A stretch of 64,000 nucleotides of DNA from Microbotryum violaceum (lineage: Eukaryota). Below are positions 1-20,643 of the stretch, one piece after another. Where the stretch lies: assembly GCA_001244265.2 (NCBI GenBank), contig CDLV01000004.1:3472001-3536000 (forward strand), given 5' to 3'. Within the stretch, counting starts at the first letter, position 1; every line of letters starts with the position of its first letter. The notes under the pieces were generated by a model. It had not been told where the DNA came from. It did not search any database and saw nothing but the letters and a program-made list of their open reading frames with translations. Position numbers and translations under genes: made by a program.

Positions 1-1046
1 ACCAGAGGTTTGGAATGTTGTGGCGGTGTCGACAAGCCCAGCCCACTCGGGATGGTCGAGCACCGATACGATCATTCCCTCGTCGTTTTCGAACACTTTC
101 GCATGAGGAACACAGAACGGCAGATAGCCTTTGGTGTTTCCAGGTGCGTAATGAGGTATGCTGATGATCGAGCAGATCAAGCACGAAGCGAGGCCTCTTG
201 CTCCCACAAGGTTTCCAAGGGCTGCTTGCTCCAGCATGTCGGCTATGCAAGCCACAATCCTGTCTCTGCAAAGCACGTGCCTGTCCCGAGCGGCTGAAAA
301 GGATGTACGCTCCCCTTCGAAAATGTGAAGCTGCTGACAGAATGTTTCGAGGAATGACTGCTCGTCTTTGGGTTTCTGAGGGCCGTTCACGGAGATGACA
401 AAGTGCGATGATAGCTTCCAACGAAGTTCGGGGGGCAGGGTCCTGGGTATCACCCCAGAGATGTGGGTGTTGACCTTGCGATTGGCGTTGGAGTGCGCGA
501 GCACTTCGATTCCATCGGAGAAGGTTGCAAGAGGGATGTCATCCGGCTTGAGATCGCCGTTTGCGTAAAGCGTCCGTGCGTGTAAGCCGTCAACCCATCG
601 CCTCAGGACCGGGTAAGAGCCCGAAGAGCCCGAGCCACCTGACGCCTTGTGCAAGTCGACAACCTCGTCGCTCGGCTTGGCATTGGCAAGGGTAGGACCA
701 ATTACTGGGTGTGCACGAAGCGCTTCAACAAAAGGGGCGGGGTCATAAAGACGCTGCGTTGACCGTTCAATCTTCTTGCCATTCTTCCCAGTGTGAAACA
801 GTTCTCGCGGCACCCGGGCGTTGGACACTCCTCAAGATCTTCGAGCCGTTTGGCGCCATAGGACACGCAACCTTTGGGGCACTTCCCGATCTCCACAGTT
901 CTGAAGCCGGTGAGATGTCGTATCGTTCGGACCATTTTGTACTCGGACATGTCGCTGAGGTCGGCGTTGTGGAAGGCGTAGGTGTGCAGCAATGTGAGGA
1001 GGTCAGTCCAAGCGTCCCTCGAAAGCGAATGGTCCCGCTTGAACAT
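1..1046 (-). pseudogene. Tnp2-family (CMC/EnSpm) transposase, N-terminal part, disrupted
   Basis: CPKGCVSY..LEECPTPGC Cys cluster, then (hand-translated) DIPLATFSDG, LPPELR and GPQKPKDEQSFL, matching the Tnp2 motifs D..L..SxDG, NLPP..R and PGP..P.D..SFL. Confidence 0.75.
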
Positions 1047-3074
1047 GTAGAGTTGTAGCTTTGCAAGGTCATGGGGTGGAAGTGTTCGACGAAGTCCTGT
1101 ATGAGGTACTTACTGCCTCAGCCCTCGTGTTCGTGTCAAATATGACCACTTGAAGCACAGCAAGACTTTGAGTCACCTTCGGCACCAAGCTCGGCGAGAT
1201 GAGCCTCAAGCGCGGCAATCTCATCTTCAGTGGGCTCGGGCTCTTCTGCCTCCCCTTGGACATCCTCTTCCTCTCTCGCGCCTCTCAGAACGTTCTCATC
1301 GCTTTGCGCTCCACCCGTATGAGAGTCCGTATCGCTGGTATCTCTGTCACTATCATGTTCCTCCTGCGTTTCCGAGCCCAATTCGAGTTTGAGATTGTCG
1401 AGCTCCTTCGGACCGCGCATCTCCTCTTCGTCTACGACCATCTCTTCTCCCTCTTCATCTGCGGCTTCATTGAGGTTTCCTTGGAGATTGTCTCCGTCGC
1501 CGTTTTCGTCCGCCTCTCCGCCGAATCCTTAAAACTATATAATAAAAAACGTCGTCGAGACAAAGAACATTCTAGAACGAGACAAACCACGTGGCGCGAC
1601 GTCATGGCGCGCGAAGCGCCGCCACCGCACTAGTTCTCGATTCATATCATCGGCGTTGTCGTCATCGACCGCCATTGGGATCGCGTGACCGACTGCTGCC
1701 AGCAAAAGACGTCCCGAAGGTCAGAATGGAGATTGGCCAAGATGAGTGAAGTTGTTGACGGACCTGGTGTAGCACCCTTTCGCTTCCAGCACTTGGCTAG
1801 TTCTTTCGCGCCTGCGCCTGGCGCCGCGCTCGGACCTCTTTGAACTTGGACTTAGAATACCCGAGCTGCGACTAGCGCAGCCGTCTCTCTCTCTCTTTCC
1901 TTAACGTTCCCAATCCTTTTCTATTCAGCATCATTGTTTGCTCACTGCGCTGCTCCTCATAGGTTAATGTAATGCATCATGAAAGTTTCCAATCCTATTA
2001 CTTGGCATCTTCGTTCGTTCACTGCGCTGCTCCTCATACGTCCAACCTGCTTGCAAAAGTCAGGAAAACTGACCATATTTTTGCCGATTAGATTTCCAAT
2101 TCCAAATCGACATTCACTGCTTGAAGCGCGCACGAAGCGCGCGCCGCCTCTCTCCCTCCTGCTCCACACATGCCGACATCATGGTCACCGCCAACTTAAC
2201 TGAAGCGCCCTTGGCATCGCCAACTTGCAGCATTCGACTCACTGACTTGATCGGCACCAAGTCAGTGACTGAGTTTAGATAATATCCTTACAATCTCGAT
2301 GCTACCCGGTCACTCAACAGGGCCCGTGCTTTTGGTGTCACGTGTCCGACCCGGCCTCGCCCGACAGTACATCGAACCGATCACGCTGACGCAGGTCTCA
2401 CTGATCAGCAGCTTGTTCCACCGACTCTGGGATGCTCCCCAGGTTATCTCGCCATCATGTGTACTAACCACATCAGTCAATTGTTCTGCACTAGGACCTA
2501 GCCTTGCTCGGCGGTCCGAGTCAACTGCACTTGTCTCTGTTCAGGAAGCCCACAGGTGGCCATTCTTTGACTTCGAGAGAAGTGTGAGCAAGCTTTGCTC
2601 TGTCGTCCGCTCGCTGATGCCAATGTGCTTGCATTAACACCGAGAACAGTGCCACAGGCCACACTGCTTCGCCTCCGAATCGATGCTGTAGACGGGAGCT
2701 TCGAGGTGAGCAGTCAGTCGGTTATTCAAGCTCGACAAGAAGATGTTTAAGATGTGTACAGGCATTTTTCAGGACGTGATGTTGAACTATAGGGTAAGTC
2801 TCCAGTTCGCTCCTACACTATCAACGGGCTGGATTCTGATTCGTCGCAGCAGGCGTGCGTCCGATCAACGCTTTGAGTTTGATCAGTCGAGTGAGTTAGC
2901 CACCAGACTGAGTCTGAGGTGATCCACTGAATATAGCCCGACACTCATCATCAGCCTTGTGTGTCATTGACAGGTTTAGTGGCAAGATTTGAGGGTGGAA
3001 AGTGAGTCGGCTGCTGGGCCCGAGTCTTCGGGCCGATCCGACTTAGCGATGTCACGAGTTGAGGCCAAGTGCCT

Positions 3075-3224
3075 CATCAGGCCTCAGGAGCTCAGGCTCA
3101 AGGTTCGTCTCTTGGTTCGAGTCGTATGCTTGATATAATGCAATGGCATCATCAGGCCTCAGGAGCTCAGGCTCAAGGTTCGTCTCTTGGTTCGAGTCGT
3201 ATGCTTGATATAATGCAATGGCAT
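3075..3224. repeat. Perfect 75-bp tandem duplication (3075-3149, 3150-3224)
   Basis: CATCAGGCCTCAGGAGCTC...CAATGGCAT occurs twice head to tail. Confidence 0.95.
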
Positions 3225-3299
3225 TGGCAGTGCCACTTTACTATATCTTTACTATACATGCAAAGGAGAGCGAAGAAAGGGATAGTATAGGCTACTACA

Positions 3300-3700
3300 T
3301 TATTACAACCGCGGTTATGTGCGGTTGCAACCGCGGTCACAAAAGTTCGTAACCGCAATCACTTGATCTACTGCAACTGCGGTTAGTGCGGTTGCGACCG
3401 CGGTTGCCAATGCGACTGCGGTTGGCAACTGCGGTAAAAGTGCACCTCTGCAATCCACTTTCTAGGCCTGAAGTTGAACTGCGGTTACTTTCGAATGGCT
3501 GGACGGGCAACGTCTGTTCCACCAAGCGCGGTCAACTGCAGTCGAGTGCGGTCCAACCACGGTCAACTGCGGTTGCGCGGATTTCCCGTAAGGCCCGTAT
3601 CCTTACCGCACCCTGGTATCCTTACATGTGCTGACATGTGTAAGGATACGCCCGCGCGCGCACGTGACATGCGTAAGGATACGCTTGCGCGCAAAGAGCA
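3300..3700. repeat. Subterminal repeat array (GCGGTT/AACCGC, then TAAGGATAC/GTATCCTTA in both orientations)
   Basis: Many short direct and inverted motif copies next to the candidate terminus at 3716. Confidence 0.7.
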
Positions 3701-3985
3701 CTGGCTGCTGCTGGTGAATAATTGACTCTTTCCGCACACCAGTGGTTGTCAAAGTATCACCATGCCCATTTGTGCACTAATTTTAGTTATACATACTATT
3801 GCTGACCGCTATCATAGCCCCTACTGTACACTACATTAGTGATTGACAAGGCCAAAACTTCACTGGACCACTGGGGCACAACTTTGTGAGTCAAACTCGC
3901 CATCAACATGAATGTTTCCCACTGTGATTTCCTCCAGGAGCACTGCACCGCTGGAAAACATTGTAAGAGGAGAGCATCGTCAGCT

Positions 3986-5666
3986 CTATTGATCTGCTTT
4001 TTTGGCGTTCCCGACACTCACTATTTCGCGTTCATGAAAAAAAGCCGACGCATCTTCCATCTTCCAGACACCTTGTCCTTCTTCAAGAGTCCCTTTGGGT
4101 GGTAGACTTGACACTTTAATGCCGATATCGGTAGGATCGCAGGGCTCATGGTATAGACTCCACATTTCGTGCCATTGCCGCGTTAGCATCAGGTTGAAGG
4201 CTTGCAAGAAGTTCAATGACTCCTCTTCTAGCTCGTAGAAAAGAACGGAAACTAATCCGCCAGCGTTCCTGTCCCCTATCGGCCTAGCGAGAGAGCCTTT
4301 GATTGCGTCGAAATGATAGCATGCGGCCTCTTGCCCGTATCCAACCGTCGCGTTCATGACGAAATGTGAATTGTAGAGGTTGTACACTCCTGACCGAAGG
4401 CGCCAGACCATCTCTGGCATTTGGTCCGAAACACCGAAGCGTAGCTCAGCGGGGACCAGTGAATGTTCCGGGTAAATATTGTTGATGTTGATCACAATCA
4501 CACGGGGGAGCGAGGTGATTGAAACGAATTGCACGTAAGAGCCTCCGGGGCAATTGCGTTTGTGATGCCGACGGCCTGAGTTCTTTGCCTCTGTGTACAA
4601 TTTCAACGGTTGCCCAACGATTGAGGCGAGGACGTCCGACAACGTTTCCAGCGAATGCGAAGGCAGGTGGAGACTTGAGATGAGAAGGGGCCAGTCAACC
4701 ACAAACTGTCGTCTCGGGAATACCTCAATCTGAATGCAGCTGCAGGCAGTGCAATACCCGGCTCGTTGAAGATGTAATTCGACGAGAGTTCGGTCGGGAT
4801 CATTCAACGTGACAGCGCTTGGCAGAACCGGATGATCGACGGTGAACAAGTGAAGTGTCTCGAGCCAGGTCTGCCGAAAAAAGTGATGATTAGCGTCCAG
4901 TTTTAATTGTCTTGGAAGGGCGGGGTTTGCTAAGTGATTGACTGACTACTGGGCTACTATAACTCCCCCGCTTAAATGGAGTTGTAAAATGGCTTCCGCG
5001 CTCTTTCAACATCCCAACCACAGTGGAAATCATCCGTTCTCGTAATTGTGTGTATGCTTCAATGGCGTTCGCCGCCGGTTTCATATCAAACTTTCGAGCC
5101 AATGCTGTGTATTCGCAAATCGCATCCCATAGCTCGAGTGCCAAATATCGAGGGCGGAGCCTCAACACCATCTCATCGCCAAGTGGAGGAATCACGTAGG
5201 CCGTATGGGTGTTAAGGATATCCAGACACTGCAGCCATGGTTCCAATCGGTTGGCGACCGAGAGCAATGCGATAAGCGTTGAGTCAATCCAGCAAGAATT
5301 AGCGCTCCACGGGCCTTGGATAATGACGACTGGCCCGTCTTCACCTGATCGAAGCCAGAAGTCTGCATGGACCTGCACACTCGTGCTACCGAGCGATGTC
5401 GACGTCGATGTCTTGGGCGGAGCGAATTTTACCCTTGGTGCAGATCTAGAGTCCTCTGGGAGCTTGTCACTGGTGCGCTCGAGTGACGTCGACGTCGAAG
5501 CAGGTTTTGGCGTGGCGATTTCTACCTTTCTTGCAGATTTCGATGGCGCCAACTCCGACTTGGATGCAAGGAAGGACAATCGTTTTCGAGGTATCCGGTA
5601 TTTTCGACCACTGGGGGCTTCCAAATTTCGTGCATTGTGCTGCGCAAGAACTGTGAGACGGAGCAT
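3986..5666 (-). CDS. Putative papain-fold (USP/C19-like) cysteine protease region, spliced, transposon-associated
   Basis: Cys box WSANSCWIDSTLIALL (ORF 4890-5666). His/Asp box YNSHFVMN...CYHFDAIKG and a CxxC pair (ORF 3986-4849). Same strand as, and directly downstream of, the MULE-like transposase. Confidence 0.55.
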
Positions 5667-7050
5667 AAATCAGAGCAGGATTTCCGTCAGCCAGGCCTCA
5701 GCACCTCTGCACTCAGTCAACAGTCTGGGGCGGAGGCGTACATATTTAGGACAACTCCGTTTCTTCATTGAGCGCCCTCACAGCCATAGGGACAACGGGG
5801 ACTCGTTGCGATGGGCCGCTGAAATCTGAGCGGGGAGGACTACCTTTCGATTTGGAATTGGACGTTTAATGGAGCAATCCATTGGGGAATGGCCTCGGAT
5901 GAATTGCAATGAATTGAGGGCGTCAATCCAACGTCGTCTGATGATTCGCTCGAACTATGCTCGTCAGACGGCGGGGCAGGAAACTTGCGCTTGTGGGGGT
6001 AATCAACACGTCTTGAGCTCTTTTTGGAGGCCATTGACTGCGCAGTGGGCCCATTGCCCTGCCTTGACCGGTTCTTTGGTTGCTGCCGGGAACGATTTGA
6101 CGTGGAAGGAGGTAATTTGGTTGATTCGCTCAGTGGTGGTGTTGCAGGACCCTTTGACAGGTCTGAAGGTCCTTGTGGTGACTCAGAAAACCCGATGCCA
6201 GCTAGACGAGCAGGTGCAGCGAACGAGATCGAAGGCTCAGGCATGTTGGCGTCACTGACGTAGGATGAAGGTACCCAATTGCGTGACTTGATCTCTTTGA
6301 TATGAGCGCGGATGTTGCCTTGATTGTGATAAGTGGAACTCCTGACATAGCCGTCTGTTTTCAAAGCAAAGGCGAGAATGGTTTTAGATGAGGATAATGG
6401 GTTGGTGGTAACGCTATGCCAGGCGCTTACCGGTCGCATGACTTTCAATTCGGTCTGTCATTCTCGCAAAGTCGATAAGTCGCATCACCCCTTCCACCGG
6501 TCCAAAGCGTTTGCCACCACATGAATGGATTAGGAGCCAGTGGGAAGATTCCACCGCATTTGTTGTGGTAGCCACGCATCTTTCTGCGGATCCATTGAGT
6601 TCCTTGAATACCACATTTCGAATTGCCGGTTGTGTCCATCATTTGATCCAATTCTCTGACACAGGAAACTCGTCGATTGTGCGCTTTGCTATGGACTCAA
6701 TCGATGCATGGGACTTCGCGTTGCGCATGGTGTTGACCAGCATTGCAAATCGTTTGCGTACTGAGATGTCGGACCCCGAACCTCCTGACCTGCTCAATGA
6801 AGTGAAAGGCGCACCCGCTTGCCGCCTTCTCTCCAATCTGAATAGGCTCTGCAGTCCACTGTGACACCTGATTGGGTGTGACGTTCAAGCGTCCCACATC
6901 TGCGGTCTTGCGTGCCACGTACCAATCCGAAATGGCTTGGTGAAGGCCCGAAATCTGCGCGCTTGAATAATCAACAACAAATGTGACTCCGTTGACGATG
7001 TCCTCCACGCTATAATTGGCATCGTCAAGAATCTGGAATAGGTGCGTCAG

Positions 7051-7580
7051 TAATTATTCTAATGGGTAAAAAATTCTTTCACACCTTTTTTTTTAGTTGA
7101 CAGGTTCCGATACTACTGATCTGTTAAATTCAGAAGGAGTTAATAATGCCTTCAATCCTAATATTGCTGACTGCCGCAATGTATTTCAACGGTTTCGCTA
7201 ATGGAGGATTCCTTGTGACTATTGGTTTTATTACAACAGTTAGTGCTATGTCGTTATGATTTAGAGATGTTGTAGCAGAAGGTACACTACTAGGCAGTCG
7301 AATGCTTTGTGTCAGAATTATTGTTACTATGTATTATTTAGGATATACATGAGTTTCTCTTGTTCTTTCCTTCTCTTCTGATCTTCTTTTTTCTTTTCCA
7401 ACTTAATACACTCCCCTTTCCCTTTCTCTAGCTTTTTTTCATTTTATTTTATTTTTATTTTTTTGCGCTTTTTATAAAAAATAAAAATAAAAGGAAACTA
7501 TTCCTGCAATTCTTCCGGTTTGCTTAATTGACTTGCATCAATTCCTGGATTCGCATATTGTAATTGCGAGTAATCTAACA
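7051..7580 (+). other. cox3: NUMT: AT-rich mitochondrial-type insertion containing a cox3 fragment (about 7078-7295)
   Basis: 7179-7295 reads MYFNGFANGGFLVTIGFITTVSAMSL-W(TGA 7257)-FRDVVAEGTLLG, the cox3 WFRD..EGT..G motif with TGA as Trp. A degenerate HPFHLVD-like stretch lies near 7081. Confidence 0.85.
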
Positions 7581-8309
7581 AGCAAAATGTCGGCGGTAGA
7601 AGCCCGATCGCTTGTGGTTGCCGACGGAGTACAGGATCGGAAACCAGCGACGAGCGCTTGGCGAATAGCAGACCGTGGCAAGCAACACCCAATTGTCGCG
7701 AAAGTAGGTGTTGTGAGCGTCGGTAGGCCATCCCAAATTGCCTTCGACTAGCCGGTCGTCAATCGTTTCCGAGAGCCTTGCTTTCATCTGAGGAGTCTGG
7801 ATGCCAAATGACGTCTCAGAGTCGGTTAGCGAATTGGAGGTGATCTTCGACTTTGACCGCGACCCATCGTTTCTGGGTTGCTTCCGAGGGTCGGGATGGT
7901 GTATTTGCTTGGCAAGTGGCTGCCCTTGGCGTTGTCCCGGTATTTCGATGTACGCGAGGCAACCGGCATTGGCAACAGCTTCAATAGCTGACATCAACAT
8001 GTCAGGCAGGGCTCCATTACGCTTACTGTGGCCCACTCTTGGTGCATATCTTGAGATTGATCGAGTGCTGTCAAATACAGGGCAAATCTCAGAGGCGGAC
8101 GGCCAATGACGAGGGTCCTGCGGAAATGCGGTCATTTGTCCCATGCGCAGCTCGGTGGCCGATGCTTGTGGAGCGGCTTTACGCAATTGTCGCAGCTCTT
8201 CCAGATGTTGCGGGGACGGACGCGACACCGGAGGCGGAGGATGCAAATGGTACCCTGAATGCCAGATACATATTTCCCCCAGGCATTCCTCACTATGAAG
8301 TTGCGACGA

Positions 8310-8509
8310 ACACCTGCTCAAGCGGTGGTAAGGCTCTGATCGACAGACCAAGAAGTTGCTTGAATTACACACCTGCTCAAGCGGTGGTAAGGCTCTGATC
8401 GACGGACCAAGGAGACCAGACCAAGAAGTTGCTTGAATTACACACCTGCTCAAGCGGTGGTAAGGCTCTGATCGACGGACCAAGGAGACCAGACCAAGAA
8501 GTTGCTTGA
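8310..8509. repeat. Three tandem units of about 59-72 bp (ACACCTGCTCAAGCGGTGGTAAGGCTCTGATCGAC...CCAAGAAGTTGCTTGA)
   Basis: Direct inspection; the array interrupts the GCM-like domain. Confidence 0.9.
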
Positions 8510-9707
8510 GCAGGAGAAAGAGAAGCGCGGAGCCAGTTGGCTCGGGTGAGCGCGCAGCTGGGCCAGCCACCTGTGTCAAGCGCACGGACCCAGCCCAGAA
8601 AGGAAGAGAGCTAAGGTGTGAAAGGCAGGTCAAAGGAAGTAAAACGAGACCGAGAAAAGAAGACATTGATGCGAGAAGGAAACACAGGAGGTTGTCAATC
8701 TCACACTCACGCTGCCCTTGGGCAATCGTAGCGGAGCACAGGATGTGCCTCATCGGTCCGTTACAGCTTGTGATTGGACACGGCGGTAACTCGTCTGAAG
8801 GCCTCTCAACGTTTGGAGCGAGGTGCTTGCGGATTGCAGCCTTCTTGGGGCGTCCTGTGACGAGCTGTGGAGTCTCCTCCTGAAACAACTTCGACCTACT
8901 CGCTGTCGACAGCGATGTGTGAGGTTGACGCTTGCCAGGGCATGATTGATCACAACAGACAAACACGCCCATGCAACGTCTTTTGCTGTACTTGCTGTAC
9001 TCGACGTTTGCATCCAAACGCGGGCCTTTCCATCGCCCTTTTGAATTGGTTCGAGATGATGACGCTGAGAAAGCCCCCATGTGTGACAAGCCACCGCTCG
9101 AGCCTGGATCCATACGACAATGAGGACGTTGCCCCAAGTTCCGTTGGGCCACCGAGGATCAAGAACAATTTCTTGTGGGTATGCTTCGAGCATCAGGTCC
9201 GTCATCGTTGTCCTTCCTTCACTATATGTTGGTAAATTCGCATGATCTTCACTGTTGACAAGCTTGTCATCCGTTGAATCTGGTTTGGTGTTCGGACGTA
9301 GATTGCCGGAGATCCTGTCGCTTGGAGATGCTTCACGCTTTTCCCTGACAAGCAAGTTGTGCTTGGAAGCAGAAGATGCGCCACTTGGAACAGGGGCATC
9401 TACCCGGCCTTGAGGTCTTGTAGTAATATTTACGAATGGGAGTCGAGCCTTGATGTGCTCATAGACCTGTGACATTTGCAATCAAGAGTCAGCTCAGCGA
9501 CTAAAGCTCAACGACGTAGAATCCGTCAACTCATGAAGCTATACGCACTCTCAAGGTAATGGTTGCTTCTGCTGGCAACGAGTTGTTGTCAAGTACGAAG
9601 CCAGTCAACCCGAGAACCTCCGAAGAGTCGGTCGCAGCAGTAAATGCTGCGAGTTGGTCGTACCGGCAGGAGGCAAGACATGGAGTCGAGTGAGTAGATG
9701 ACGTAGC

Positions 9708-9910
9708 TATTAGAACCTAAAGCCGAGGCACGAGATACGTTTAGTACGAGAGCCAAGGATGATAGTAAAGACAGTTGGAGAAAGAAGAGAAGCGCAGAGT
9801 AGGAGCGCACAAGGCAAGTAATAGGTGCGCGAGGCGACTAATATCAACAACTAGTAACTAATCATGATTGGTAATAGAAGTGGGATGAAACAGCAACATA
9901 CACTCTGACA
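9708..9910 (-). repeat. 3' LTR of copia element (203 bp)
   Basis: Matches 14284-14466 apart from a 20-bp indel and a few substitutions. Confidence 0.95.
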
Positions 9911-9923
9911 CCCCCCCGTGCTG

Positions 9924-14466
<4,543 letters not shown>

Positions 14467-15245
14467 GTAGCCGTGTCGTCAACCACCCAGTAGTCGAAGC
14501 AGGAGTCTTCTGTACAAAGGCACAGATAAGTCGCCAAATTAAACGGTTAGTAACTGGCTGAGTGGCCTGTCAACATTGCTTGGGAACCAATCTAATCTTG
14601 TCTTGCATACCTTGGAGAGCCAGGCCAATTAGCTCAGCAACCTCTTCCAAAATATCTCGTAGATAGACAAAACAATGTCCTGTCTCCGTGAAGTTGATGG
14701 ACACCAACAGCGTAAATATCATCGGCACATTAGTCACCAAGAGAGGTTTCAAGGAAACCTCAGAGTTGACCATCAACACTAAGAAAGGCAAACGGACAAT
14801 ATCAATTTTCAGTGAAGCCGTTTGTTAAGCAGGCTGGGAGAGCGCATGTTGATGTAAAAGTGCACCACCTATATAGGTGGCAGCGGTAGGATGATACACA
14901 GCGCAGTGTCAGAACCGATATTCAAGGAACGAGTGATTAAAGAAAAAATAAACAAGGGAGTCTGCTTTGCGAAGGCATAGGCCCTTGCGCAAGACTATAA
15001 TCCACGCAGACACTGAGTCTAATCCACTGCCTTAAAACCAATCAAGCCTCCGGGCGCGCGCCTCACCTTGTTACCAATGGCCTACCATCTAGACAACACA
15101 TGTGGCGTACCTTCAAGCTTAAGAGTCGTATGTTGAAGCTTGGGAAGAATGGAGCTGTCCTTTGAAATAGCCTTGGGTTGTGAAACGCTTAGACGGGAGA
15201 GGTTCGGAGCTAATGCTGGTGAAAGCGAGCCGACTTGGAGGGTAG

Positions 15246-15506
15246 TGCAAGGCCTGAGGCCTTTGCCCAAGGTACAATGGAAGACGATAGAACTTTTGGC
15301 TTAGTTGAATAGCTTGTGCGCGCCTACAACCTCCCTTGGCTTTCGCGGAGGCGGGGTCAGAGGCTCCCAAGTGGATGCTCTCCGAGTCGCTTAACGGCAG
15401 AGGTATGAGCAGTGGATCGGGTATAGCGAAGGCTCTAGCCAACCTGGCAGCGGCGCGAGTGTCGGCGGGAATGCTGACGCGTCTTGATCGTTGTCAAAAA
15501 AAAAAT
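15246..15506. mobile_element. Rearranged gypsy pieces: inverted first 100 bp of the LTR (15246-15346, +) fused to a duplicated leader/gag start (15345-15506, -)
   Basis: 15246-15346 is the reverse complement of 15649-15749. 15345-15506 matches about 20241-20400. Confidence 0.9.

Positions 15507-20643
<5,137 letters not shown>

Larger units (their letters stand above)
1..3716 (-). mobile_element. CMC/EnSpm (CACTA-like) DNA transposon, 5' part; runs off the left edge of the window
   Basis: Tnp2-like coding at 1-1046. Dense subterminal repeats at 3300-3700 end in a candidate terminus CACCAGCAGC (minus strand from 3716). The boundary is inferred. Confidence 0.55.
5840..9481 (-). pseudogene. Mutator-like (MULE) DDE transposase with N-terminal GCM-type zinc finger, disrupted
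   Basis: GCM-like KRRCMGVFVC..C..RP..CPITSC..C..HSGYHLHPPP. Catalytic-like motifs WPTDAH, VVDYSSAQ, GCAFHF (CxxH) and TTTNAVESSH. Frameshifts and an AT-rich insertion are present. Confidence 0.7.

Noticed and set aside
7179-7295. Functional nuclear cox3 gene
   Set aside because: Short fragment, TGA would be a stop in the nuclear code, and the 5' part is degenerate.
8310-8509. CRISPR-like repeat array
   Set aside because: The units are contiguous tandem copies without unique spacers; the context is eukaryotic and no cas genes are present.
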